Both the position numbers and the translations under genes were made by a program. Under the pieces are notes generated by a model. That model had not been told where the DNA came from and did not search any database. It saw only the letters and a list, made by a program, of their open reading frames with translations. This document shows, piece after piece, positions 12,590 through 25,429 of a stretch of 64,000 nucleotides of DNA (positions are counted from its first letter, which is position 1; each line of letters starts with the position of its first letter). Source of the DNA: Lama glama (taxonomy: Eukaryota); assembly GCA_028534125.1 (NCBI GenBank), contig CM052816.1:33854001-33918000 (forward strand). The letters are read 5' to 3'.

Positions 12590-15500
12590 ACCTCATATTC
12601 CAGCTTCTTTTCACAGCCAACTTCCTAAACTTGCTATTTCTGTGTCCTAACATCCCACTCACCTCTGAACCCACTCCAGATTGGCTTCTTCCCTCTTATT
12701 CTACCAAAACAACTCTTCCCCTGGTTTCCATGACCTCCATGTCACTAAATCCAATGGACGTTTCTGGGTCTGTACCTAATCTGGCCTTTCAGCAGCCATC
12801 AGGCACACGTGTTCCTCCCTCCCGCTGCAGCGCTCCTGCCCCTGTACTCCACTGGCCCACACGCGTCCGGGTTTGCTCTCCTCTGGTCTCTACTTCTGAC
12901 TCCTTTGCAGAGGCATTTTTTCTTAACCCAGAAACCTATTCTGGAGTTCCTCAAGCCCTTTTCTTGTCTTACTTTGTATGTGATACTCCTTCTCTAAGTA
13001 ATCTCATCCAAGATGATGCTTCAGAACTTCCCAAATCTACTATCTTCAGTTTAGACTTCCCTCTGTATCAACCTTATATATCATCTGTCAACTGACATCT
13101 CCACCTGGATGTGACAAAGTACCTGAAAAGGAACTGGTCCAAAACCAAACTTAGGATTTATCTTTCCTACTCTTAGACTCTTTTAGTGTTCGCTAATTGA
13201 GAACTGTTCATCAGAAAGGAAGTCTATTGAAATGGAGAAAGACTTCATTACATTTAAAATAGAATGTGTTTAAAGTCAGTGAATTCAGAGGAGGCATCAG
13301 GAAAAACAGACAACATGAGGAGAAAACAGTAAAATGTTTATACTGGTACAGCTACAAACGTAAGAGGAGTCAAACTAAGTTGGAGTTCAGCCAGATGGGT
13401 TCTGTGAGGGACTGAATGACACAGGAAGCCTTGGTTAGAGGTGCTCCTTGTGTTAACGATATGAGAAATACTGCATGAAAAGAAAGGGTACTTCAGGGTT
13501 GAGCAACACAAAGTCCACCTTACTCTGCCCGGGGGTAGGTTTGGGAGGGGTCTGGGCAGCAGATAAAGAGGTCGCAGATGATGCTCCTGGGTTACATACA
13601 TGTTTTTTTTAATACTACTGAGAAAGTACAAGCTTGGCGACCTAGTAAGCACTAAAGACTTGCTGTTTCCCGCAGATGTGACCATAATCAGTGTAAGAAC
13701 GCTAAGCACTAGCGAGCACACACTGCCTCACCTGCTGCACCTAGTGGTCACCGAGCAACCGAAGACCCTCTGTCTAGGAGGCCCTTGAGCCCGTCCTCCT
13801 CATGGAGTTAACTTCTGTGAAGGGCTCTGGGTTACCGCTTTCCTGCCTTGTCTGCTGTGCCTATGTTTTCCCCCGAGATAGGTCAAACCTGCCCAAGGAA
13901 GTTAGAATTCAAAAAAATGTTTACACTGTACTTCAGAGAATGGCTTCCTATGACATCCAGTTACATAAGCCAAAATCCTAAAAGTCACCCTTGACACCTC
14001 CTTGTCTATCACTCACCACCCCTAATCCATCACCAAGTTCCACCAATTTTACCTAAATTTATCTCGAAATTATCCATTTACGTCTATCCCAAAAGATCAC
14101 TTAGATTACAGCTTATGAACACATACCCTTTTATGTACTTGGTCTTCCTGCAATCTTTTCACCTCTAGTGACAACGACCCTTTAAAAACATGAATCTGAT
14201 CATGTCATTGACTCTTCAATATTCTTAAAGTGACCCACAAGGCCAAGCAGAGACGGGATCTTACTTTTTCACTGCTCTCCATCCTGCTCTGTGCTCCAGC
14301 CATATGAGCTTTCCCTGAGCAATCCATGTTCCCCCCTGCAAACCCCCCTACAACTGTCTTTGCCCTAAGTGGCCTGTGTCTCCTGATCGCCATTCAGATC
14401 TCAACTTATGTGTCATTTTGTTAGTGACACTATTCCTAACCCTCTAATACTCTCAGAGAACCATATTCTTTTACTTTACAGAACAAATCTCAACTTGTAA
14501 TTATTTACTTATTAGAGGAAGTATTTTACTTAATGTATGTTCCTTACATTAGATCCTAAGCTTCATGGCCACAGGTACCTTTTACTGCTTCTCCTCATTG
14601 TATACCTGATTTCCAGCACAGGACCTAGCACATAGTAATTACTCAGGAAACATCAGGTAAATAAATCAGTGAATTAATGAGTAAGCTTTATTGCCAGAAT
14701 TCATCCAAAGAGAATACAAGAAAGATAACCTTTTGCATCTTCTTTAATAAGATGAAAAACGACCAAGATAATACATACCCTTTGAGGTATGAGAGATATG
14801 TCTGTATGTCTATAGGGTAAGAAAGTTAGATAGTAAAATTTAATAAAATTCTGTGCTTTTCCATTCCCATTTCTCTTTTCCCTTTCCTTCCACCTGAAGT
14901 TAAAGTTACTACTTCATCTCTGCTTTAGAGAAATGATGTTACTTGCCTAAGGTCCCACAACTAAAAAGTGGTTTGACCAGGACCTATAGTGTTCTGACTG
15001 CAAATACAGAATTCTTTACACTTCTATGTAGAAATTCCTGAATTTTGTTAAATTCTTATAGAATTTTGTGTTTGTGGGAGAACTTCAAGAACATTTGATG
15101 ACAAATACTATCTTTTGACTTTATCCTGTGATATAAAAAGCAATGGGGTGAATAAAGTTAGCCAAGGGCAGAAATTCAGATTTTTTAAGTATGAGAGGGG
15201 AAACTTTTAGCAGACCGAATGTTTTTTTGTTTGTAACATTTAGCAAAGCTATGTTAAAGGAATTTCAAGGCTAGGCAGTCCTTTGAAATCAATCACACTG
15301 GCAAAAAGCTGGATATTAGTCTCTTCTGCCTTTCCTTCCCTACAAAGACTGAATCCCAAGATGGAGACGCTACTGGCTGCACCTTCAACTACCTCGCTTC
15401 CTTGTCAACCTCAAAAATGTACCCTCCAGGGGCCAATTATGGATTAACAAACCATTCAAAGTCTTTAACTCCATCCCTGGGATTTCTTGTTGATACAGGA

Positions 15501-16960
15501 AATCACAAAGTCCTGTCAATTAGCACCTAAACAAATTTATGATCTCTAACCTTATCTATTCACATTCTTTTCATACTTTCTTTGTAAGGTTCCCCTTCTG
15601 TTATGCACAGTTGTGACTGTCCCAAACGTCTACTGTTGTTCTCATACTTTTCTGCTTTGACCCCAGTCTTATCCTTCTTTCACCTAATGAACTCGTATCC
15701 TGTTTTAGAGAGAAAACAGGTCCAGCAGCAAATATCCCCTATTTACCTACCCTCTTGTCCAAAAGAATCTACAATTCTAATTCTCTTCTCCTGGCTTCTA
15801 GGACACTACTGTCCTATAGCTGACTGCTGTTTCAATTTGTTTTGTGAACATCTCTTACCACTCTCCTCAACTGCCTCTCCTACCAAGCACACATACTCTC
15901 ATGTGCACTCCAACACTGCCCAGGATTCTGTCCTTGGTCCACTCTCTGTCATTGAGTCTAACCTTCTCCTTAGAGAAATTCACCCATCCTCATTCTTCAA
16001 CTGCTACTTTTGTGCCACAACATTCAGAGCTATGCCTCCAGCTTCAAATTTTCTCCAAGACTCTGATGCAGGTTCCAACCAGTTACTAGACAAGTCCCCC
16101 TACATGTCTCACAAGAATCTCAAACTTTGTTTATTGACAGTTGCATTCCTTACCTTCTTTCCCACTCCAGCTTACTCTTTTTGTATGCATTCTCCAACTC
16201 AGTTCCAATCTAGAAATCTGTCACTGCTGATAATTAAATGTCCCGTAACCCCATTCCCAATCTATCACCAATTATCAGTTATACTTCAGAAATGTCTATC
16301 AAGCTCCTCTCTTCTGTTCTGTTCCGTAGTTCAGAGCCTTCTCAGTCTGGCCTAGATTACTGTAGCAGTTCTTCACAAGTCTCTGTCTCTACCAGTCCAT
16401 TTTTTTTTTAATAACACTGTCACTTGAGTATATCCTTGATCAAAGAACCCATATATTGAAGGAAAACAAAAAACAAAAAAACAAAAAAACAAAAAAGACC
16501 CCTTAAATTCCCAACTCCATAGACAATAAAGCTTAAGTCACTTACAAAGGCAGAATCATGCTTCAGTCTAGCACCTCAGCCTCTTTCTGTGCTGTTCTAC
16601 TGAATACTGCCCAGTATGCCAAGCATAAGACACTTCCAAACCCAGACCTTCCAACTTTCATAGACTTGGGTATGCTGTCACCTCTACCTGCTCACGTTCT
16701 CTTCCAAGTTAATTCCTATTCATAATTCAAGATCTAACTCAGATTTCAGTTCTCTTTTGAAATCTTTGTCAATAACTAACTCCACACAGTGTCCTTTGGA
16801 CTCAGAAATGGGTTTGTTTAATTATAGCACTAATCACAATGTACTAAAATTTGCTTACTAGTGTCTCCTTCACCAAACTAGCCACTTAAAGAACAGGAAC
16901 CGCGTACACACTCATGTTTGTTCCCCAGCTGATAGCTGCTGACACACAGAAGCAGGAGCA
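12590..16960. mobile_element. Several fragmented L2 pieces (approx. 12590-13160, 13930-14680, 15850-16960) plus a MIR near 14920-15030
   Basis: Pyrimidine-rich L2-like motifs (acatctccacctggatgt; atctcaacttatgtgtca; cctagcacatagta); boundaries approximate. Confidence 0.5.
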
Positions 16961-17132
16961 GAAAGACATATCTCAAAGACACTAGAATGGGAAGCATAGT
17001 CTTAACACACACTAAGTCAATAAGATATAATTAATTAACTTCATTCTCTGTCTCTCCTCCTCTGTTGCTACTTCAGAAAAGTTTTCAAAATCAAGATAGT
17101 TTTAGAAATTATCATATTCTGTCATATTTTTA

Positions 17133-17270
<138 letters not shown>

Positions 17271-17700
17271 CTAAAACGAACAAAATTTGTTATTTCTGTT
17301 AATGCCTAAATAAGAAACACAAAAAAGGTCTTAATAAAACTTGACATTGAATGTTTACTGAAATTTTCCAGTAAGGCATTAGTCTAATGGACATTTTAGC
17401 AGAGAACCACAACTAAACTAATTTCGATCATTATTTTAATATCTGACAGGTAGTCTACATTTAGGCCAAAATGAACACTCCAATTACGTATTTCTAATAT
17501 AGATTAAATATCCCTAATATTTAATTAATTTTGGCAAAGGTGTGAATTTACTGATTATTCAGTGGCATCAAAAAGATGTCAGTACCATGTTAAGTTTTAG
17601 GACAAGAGTACAAATAGTTTATTACAATATTTTTAATAACTAAATTAAAAAGAATTATTATTGCTTTAATTACTACTAAGGCCAAATGGTATTTATATTA

Positions 17701-17931
<231 letters not shown>

Positions 17932-18509
17932 TCAGCATAAAATACACATAAACAAAATTACCCTGGAAGTGCTTTAAATAACTTAGTAGTACAGCAAGTC
18001 TGGTTATACAAATGCAGCCGTGAAGACTAAAGAGGGCCTTCTGGTTTGGTATTTATGTTTCCTTAAACCCTAGAATTACATTCACTGTGGCAAAATGCTC
18101 ATGCAACACACAGGAAACACAAAGAACTCAGGGAATAGCAGATTTGTGTCTCCCAAGGGCAAGCAATAAGCAGCTATAAACAGTTGGTAAATTATGAAAT
18201 CAGTAAAGGGGGTCAGAACTAATACTTATTAAGTGCAATAATAAAGAAGAAAGTATCAGAATGCGTCCTACATTCTGAAAGTATTATTTCATAAAATGTT
18301 TTTTTAAGTTACTCATATAAATGTATACATTGGATTATAATGTAAAATGTATGTCTGAAATCACTGTTCTAGGGAGCATACACTGTTCATGCTATTTAAA
18401 TAGCTATTTCTTTCTATATGCTTACTTTTTGGTGCTAAACATAAACAGCATAATTTGTAATCATTTGTATCTTTTCTAACTCAGTTTTCTAAGAAGTTCT
18501 GTTATAGGA

Positions 18510-20190
18510 GCTTTCTGCCACAGTGTGGCTCACTGGCCTTCAAGGGCCTCATTACCCTTTCAGGGGGTCGACAAGTTCAAAATCATTTTCTTGATTCTAG
18601 GGCATCGTTTGCCTTTTTCACTGTGCTGACATTTTCAGTAATAGTGCAAAAGCAATGGTGGGTAAAATTGCTAACTCTGTAGCATGAATCAAGGCAGTGG
18701 TGCCAAACCACATTTTTGTACTTATTGTGTTCTTCATCTGACTCACTTGTAAAGAGGAAAAAGCCACTTTCCCTAAAGAATGCCCTTGGTGAAGCTGTAA
18801 AATATATTAATTTTATAAAATCTTGACTCTTGACTACACATCATCTTTCTTATTTGCATAGTGAAGATAGCATCATAAGGAAAAGAACTTGTCTGAGGGG
18901 GTTGTAAGCTGAACTAGCCACTTTTTTCATGCAACATTATTATTTCTTCTGGAAACAATAACAGACTATAGTTATTCACACTTGGGACAAACATGTTTTT
19001 AAATAATGAACAAAGTGGGCTTGTTCACTGAAAAAATACATTAGTTATTTGTTGCCAATGATAAACTTGAGCTTAGAAGCAAAAATGAGAATTCTGGAAA
19101 ACATATCCAACCAAAACCTAGAAATACTCAAGCACTTTTCTGGTGAGATTGGTAGTGGTTTTAATGATGGTAGTTTTTGATAATATAAAATCAAATGAAA
19201 TAACATTTACAAGATCTATATATAACTCAGTAAATAAATATTTTTCAATTAATCAATGCATGATATAACAGAATCATGCATGGGTAAAAAAAAATCTATT
19301 CAACATGCAGTATAGATAAATAGATTTTTTTTTCTTTTCTTTTCTTTTTTAATTTAACTATAGTCAGTTATAGTGTGTCAATTTCTTGTGTACAGCATAA
19401 TGTCCCAGTCATACATATATATACATATATTCACTTTCATATTCTTTTTCACTCAAGATATTGAATATAGTTCCCTGTGCTATACAGAAGAAATTTGTTT
19501 TTTGTCTATTTTTATATCTAGTGGTTAACATTTGCAAATCTCAGACTCTCAAATTTATCCCTTCCCACCCCTTTCCCCCCATAACCATAAGATTGTTACT
19601 ATGTCTGCAAGTCTGTTTCTATTTTGTAGATCAGTTCATTAGTGTCCTCTTTTTTCTTTTCATTTTTTTTTAGTATAGATCAATAGATTTTAATGTAACA
19701 GAGTATAAAAAGTTAATTGATGTGGTTTCAGATTTCACACTGCAAAGAACCTTTAAGAAATTATCACTTATTGAGTTTTGGTGTGGTATCAAAGAAGAGT
19801 ATCTGCCAATTATCTGAAAAAGATATAAAATATTTCCATCTTTAAATGGGTATGTATTTAAGGCCAGACTTTTTGGTTACTTTCAAAAACAATGTGTTGC
19901 AACAGACCGGCTACAGCAGATGTGAAAATCTGGCTCTCTTCTATTATACTAGACATGAAAGATATTTTCAAAAAGGTAATAGAGATTTTTCATAAAAATA
20001 TTATTTACATTAGTGTCTAATGAGTTTATTATTTTAATGAATTAAAGAAACATATTAAAAATTTTCCAATTTTGGTTTCTGAAATGGCAAATACTGACAG
20101 ATTTAATCCATATAAACAATAGTTCTTTGGAGACTTCAATAGTTTTTAAGACTTAAGGGCTTTCAAAAACCAAAAAAATTTGAGAACTGA
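18510..20190. mobile_element. hAT-Charlie (Charlie1-like) DNA transposon relic, interrupted by an L1 fragment
   Basis: Recalled Charlie1 motifs (accctttcaggggg...aaaagcaatggtgggtaaaa; terminal aaaatttgagaac). Confidence 0.65.
19329..19671 (-). mobile_element. 5'-truncated L1 3' end nested in the Charlie element
   Basis: T-rich tail and L1 3'UTR sequence; 20-bp TSD agtatagataaatagatttt (19309-19328) / agtatagatcaatagatttt (19672-19691). Confidence 0.85.
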
Positions 20191-20287
20191 TATAGATTTT
20201 GGTACACTTCACATGGAATAATGGTTACAAGGTTTCAGACACTTATCTGAGGTCTGTACTTCAAATCAGGGTTAGGATTACTTTTTA

Positions 20288-20401
<114 letters not shown>

Positions 20402-21200
20402 TTAATTTAATTTACAATGTGTATGTATCTGAATTTATTCTTCAAGAATCATGCATTATTCTTAAAAGCAAAAAAAAAAGCTTTTCAAATGTCTGGACAT
20501 GTTTGCAAATCATTCTGCCAATAACAAGATTCAACATGAAAAAAACTAAAGCCAGATTTGCAAACTGGTAAGCAAAGGAAACAATAGATAATAATATGTA
20601 CAGTGTAAAGATGAAACTACATCTTGCATGCCTGATATAGAAAACTCATTTCCTAAACAATTTAAATGCCCCTTTCCCCTTCTTTCAGAGGATGTCTGAA
20701 ACAATATTCCTATCAGAAGAGTCATCTGCCCTTCATGAACTCCATTCTATAAATTTTGGATTTGACATACTTTGCACTTAAGTTATAGGGATTTTAATGA
20801 CCATGTAAGTGAAACCTAGATGCTATGTTGCTAAATATCTTGTTATAGTTTGAAATGTTCAGGAAAAAGTTTCAATACACAACTACTTTTTTTGGAGGGT
20901 AAGACAAGATTGTATTTTATTTTATTCTTTGGATAGATACAAGAAAGTTCTTAAAATATTCCTTACAAAATTATTTAGTGATTATAAAATTAAATGACTA
21001 TTCGCTATCCTTATTGGGAAAAATCAAATTATAGATTTTAATAATTTTGTTCTGCCAAGTATTTTTCAATATTTAATCTACTGTTTCAAAGAATCCATCT
21101 AAAGGAAACAATATTAGTCACTGAATGTTACAAATTATAGAAATTAAAGAAAAAACTTTAAATAAGAGAGTGAATTAAAAATTTTTTCATAAAACATTAC

Positions 21201-21243
21201 CTTGCAAGTCCAATACCAAATCCAGCAAATCTATTCAACTGTT
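21201..21243 (-). CDS. SLC25A46: SLC25A46 exon 2 (43 nt; EQLNRFAGFGIGLAS)
   Basis: tttAG acceptor and AAG|GTAATG donor; frame continues from exon 1. Confidence 0.96.
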
Positions 21244-21349
21244 CTAAAATAGAAGGAATAAGATTACTCATAACCAGTATTTAGACTTACTGTAAAAATA
21301 ACAAAAAATTTTCTTTTATTAACATGATACTCATTTAAACTTCATGTCC

Positions 21350-21665
21350 CAAAGTCACATTCTGATAGGGGCTAGGGAGTCCATTTGAATGAGTGAAGGG
21401 TTCTATCAGGGATTGTGGCAAGCTGCAAGGTGTAGACCTTCTAAAGGTACAGTTGCTTTTCAGCTCCAGTTCATTGTTGCGACACGGGACTGTAAACCCA
21501 GTGTTTCAAAGCTGTGATTTTTCTAAAGAGATGGTCTCATTTTTATATAGTATCTTCCAATTTTAAGATATCGGCAACTATTTTTAAGAGTGTTAAAATG
21601 TTGCGAGGATCAAATCAAACACCTTTGCAGGTAGAATCTAAGGGCTCCCAGTTTTCAACTTCCAT
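21350..21665. mobile_element. MER102-like hAT-Charlie non-autonomous element
   Basis: Matches the recalled MER102 (aatgagtgaag...cagctccagttcattgttgc...ggcaacta...cccagttttcaact). Confidence 0.55.
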
Positions 21666-23559
21666 ACAATTTTTTCTAGAGAAGGCTCTGACTGATCCTT
21701 GCACCACCTTTATCTCCTATGTTGTAAAATTAGTCATTCACTGTTGCTGGTGGAGAGCATCTATGTTAAGCCAATAGTTGCAAGCAAAAAAAAAAAAGAA
21801 GAAAATCACTAAATTGAAAGAGCACTTAGGGTAATTGAAATGGGTAAATAAGGCTCTCTTCTTTTTCTCCCCAAATACTTTAACAGTAGCTGCTTAGTTA
21901 CGTCTCTGTGCTAGGCTACTGTGTACATAATGTGCTACTGCTGATGGCATATCTCTAGCCTTATTAGAAGAGTTTACAGCTGGAAAAATTGCTATGTATA
22001 TGTCAAAACAGAAACATTTTTTCTTCTCCTTGACTAAAAAGCTCAAAATCATAATGGTGAAATATCACAACTCCAGGACACTAGACATTAAATTTCAGCT
22101 ATAATACAGTATTCCCAAGGGGTACTTTTTCTCTTCCTCTTTTCTCTCTCTCCTCTCTTCTCCAGTCCCTCTGTCTCATCTCTGCTCTTCTGAATGAAGT
22201 TATGCCCTATTTCTTGACAGTCAGAACAAGGCCATGTAAACAGTCTCTGGAGAAACCATTTGGTTCACCCTTGCCTTGAAAAATGTATAAGCCAGATAGA
22301 GGCTTCTTTTGCTCAATTAAGATACTTTCCTCCTTTCAGCTTTTCCTTTTTTTGTGTGTGTACAAGCCATCTCCTAGTATTAACAGAATATACCACTGAC
22401 ATTTTCTGGAAGATAAGGTTTACTATTGTAAACCTCCGCTTCCATCCTCCTTGAAAACTTACATTCACCAGCCTCTTAACTGCTGTAAAATCCCCCATAT
22501 AACCCTGGTTATTAAGAGCTCCTCCTCATTGTAACCATCCAAGCATCAATTATGAAAAAATTAAAAACATCACCTTTACTGCCTAAGAAGGTAACTGTGT
22601 AGCAACCGTACATGCACTCTGAATTATTTAATTTATAACTTTCCAGGAATCCTTCTGGGACCTATAGGGAAAAAAACCAAAACTAGCCAGAGTGAAAAAA
22701 ACTGTGTGACACTGAGTTAAGTCACTGATCCTCTTCCATCTATCCTCACTTGATGATAATGAAAGTCTATTCCTCCCAGTAACCCAAATCAAATAAATAT
22801 TACTGTACTTCCAAGTCAAAAATCAAAGAAATGAGGATAAAATTTGTGTCTAGAATACACATAATATTAAATGATATAATCTATTATTCTAACAATTTCA
22901 GGAGAGTGAGAAGAGGCAGTCATTACTTCCATTTTATGAATACAGAAGATGTTGAGAACACCTAGGTCATAGTGTCGCAGTTAAAACACAGGTCTTCTGA
23001 CACCCTACAGAAAATAACTGTCTCGATTCCAAAGTCTTATCTTGAAAATGTCCCAGTGTCTTTTACTCTTAAGTGGAGTTTAGGTCAGGAAAAGGAGAGC
23101 AGGTGGTGGGAAAACACAGGAATACTTTGAGGATCTAGAAAACAGACACAACCACTAGGATTAAATGGGAAATGGAAAGAAAGAAAGGAGTATTTTTTAG
23201 CCAACTTTATGCTCCTTACTGTACTAGGCACCACTCACACCTCATTTCATTTAACACTTATAAAACCTTGAGTTATTTTTATATACACCTTAAAGGTGAG
23301 AAAACAGAGATTACAGACGTTAAGAAAGTCAGCTTTTAAGAGTGGTAGAGACAGGTTTAAGAGCAAGACTACCTATGCTGGAAAAAAGCCTCTTTCCACA
23401 ACACAAAGGCACCATCGATTAATTTTAAATCAAGGAAATAGAGCTGCCGGTCAGTTAGGTGTTGTTTCCCATGATTCCCAGTAAACAATCCTATTTCCTT
23501 CTTTCTTGATTGAGGTCATGGGATGTAATACCCTCCCAAATTCCAACCGTGCAGCCCAC

Positions 23560-25150
23560 AGCTAAGGCAGGTGTCGTTTTTGGAGGTGATCCCGGAGATA
23601 ACATTAGTGTGAGGAAGAGGGAGGAGGCCCGCCGGAGAGGCAGAGGACGAAAGGAGGGCAGAGGGTGTGGCGCTCGATAGGCCGAGAGGCCGGGAGGCGG
23701 GACCCTCCGCGCGGCTTCCGGGGTCTGCAGGACCCGGCGGCTGCCGCAACACTCCGCCCGCCCTCCCCTCGCGCCCCACGTCCCTCACCGCTGCTCTGGC
23801 CGGGCACGCTGCTGCCGCCGCCGCTGCTGCCGGGAAAGGGTTCCTCTGCGGGGCCCTCGAGCGGGGTGGAGGGGGCGGGCACGCCGTAGGGCGGGCTCTT
23901 CTCGCCCCAGTGCAAATTGCGGCTACCAGGGATGTCTGGGGGAGTGGTCACCCAGTGGCTCAGGTCCGACGCGGAGCTGAAAGACCTTGCAGGGAAAGCG
24001 CCGCCAAAGCCCTGCTCATCCCGAGCGCCACCCCGATAGCCTAAGCCATCGAATCCGTCGGGGCGCCGCGGATGCATCGCAGACGGGGCAGGATGGAGCG
24101 TGCCCACCCGGAGCCCACCACCACTGGGGCCACGGCGACCTCGGGCCGCACAGCTCTCCCTCGGCACTCGCCGCGTCTGGGGAAATTCTGACAACCGGAA
24201 CTCACGTTGCAAACCCGGAAATCCATTGGCACGTGATCGTAGCCTCTTCCGGCGGCCATTAGTGACATGGTTGCTAGGGAGACGCGGCAGTAACCCTTGT
24301 AACTGTCGCCCTTAAGGAGGAGGTGGGAAAGTGACTGTGAGGTTAGTAGAGCACAGTACCAAAGAGATGTAAAGGAATTGGTGTGAGAGGTGTGGCCTGA
24401 ATGCGTGGAGGTCGAATAAAGGTATTTCCTAGACGGAGATAACGCGGGGGTGGAGCTGACGCCAGAAATCAGATCTCGGCCAGAAGTGTCAGGCCCCACA
24501 CAAAGGCCCCAGATCTAGGTCTTTTATTCCCTCGCTGGGCTAGTAGCCCGCCTGCTGCGAAGGAGCCGTTAGAGGTTAGAGTTTCGGCGTGTTTCTAACG
24601 TTCCATCTACCTTTGCCTCCCGCACTTAGCCTTTTGGGTAAAATCTATCGAGAGATCTGGTTCGGCCCAGTGAACCCGAAGTACTGTGGACGGCTAGAGC
24701 AAGCGTTCGGAAAAAAACGTCGCAGGAGAAAACCCTCCCTTCCCCTCCTGTACCCTTTTCCTGCTTCCCCCCTCTCTCCCAATATAAACTACTCTCCAGA
24801 ATTTAGGAATTAAGCATTTTGCTTTTCTGAGGCCACAGAACAACTATAGTTTTCTGTAGCTTCTCCCCACTCCCCCCGTCCCGGTGCATCTAAATCGCGC
24901 AAGGAATTTAAATCCCAAACGATATCGTTCAAAATCGAGGCCCTAGTTGAAAATTTTTTGAAGACTTCTGAAGAGAGTCCCCTACTACCTGTTTTTATTA
25001 GCTCCATGGGCTCTCCAGGCACCATTTCTCCCCCTAGATCTGGTGGAGCCTGACATGGGTTCTTCCTGTGTCCTTTCTGCCCCACTGGGCGCCAGGATTC
25101 TGAGGGCTTTCGGAAGAGAACCCTGACGGACTATTCCCAATCTTCGAAGC
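23560..25150. promoter_or_regulatory. CpG island promoter of SLC25A46, likely bidirectional
   Basis: High GC and CpG density. ETS motifs (ccggaa 24196 and 24216; cttccgg 24246-24252), CCAAT (attgg 24225-24229), E-box cacgtg 24230-24235, YY1-like gccatt, and RFX X-box gttgctagggagac 24270-24283. Confidence 0.88.
23789..24077 (-). CDS. SLC25A46: SLC25A46 coding exon 1 (289 nt; [22 protein letters not shown]...VPGQSS)
   Basis: Translation matches the recalled SLC25A46 N-terminus. ATG at 24077-24075; donor G|GTGAGG follows 23789 (phase 1); lies in a CpG island. Confidence 0.97.
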
Positions 25151-25429
25151 GAACTTTAAAGTAATAATCAACTTCGTCTTGAATGGGATGGCATTTTTTA
25201 ATTTAGTTGTAATGTAGGTTGGGCACACGTATTGAGTCGTTCCCTTATTAAGTGTATCTTGTGTTAACTTGAGTATTAATGCCGAATTACTGGATAACTA
25301 ATAATCAAGTTACTGGACATGGCAATAAGCATATTTCTGTGTTGCTTAGAAATGGGATGGCTCAGGTTCAAAACTTAATTATTTGTTAAAAGAAGGAGAA
25401 AAAGGCCTTTGTGTTGTGTGTGTTTTCAT

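Noticed and set aside
13730..13752. CTCF-like sequence (minus strand tgaccactaggtgcagcag) in a mildly CpG-rich patch
   Set aside because: Lacks the core GG-C of the motif; too weak to call without a matrix scan or ChIP data.
15603..16355. 250-aa ORF on the plus strand, the longest in the track
   Set aside because: Leu/Ser/Phe/Pro-rich translation of pyrimidine-rich, L2-like intronic DNA antisense to SLC25A46; no recognisable domain.
24078..24212. 45-codon in-frame N-terminal extension of SLC25A46
   Set aside because: Starts at TTG among promoter motifs, probably upstream of the TSS; open frames are common in GC-rich islands; the recognised protein starts at 24077.
24041..24499. 152-aa minus ORF and overlapping plus-strand ORFs in the CpG island
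   Set aside because: Expected from stop-codon depletion in GC-rich DNA; no homology recognised.
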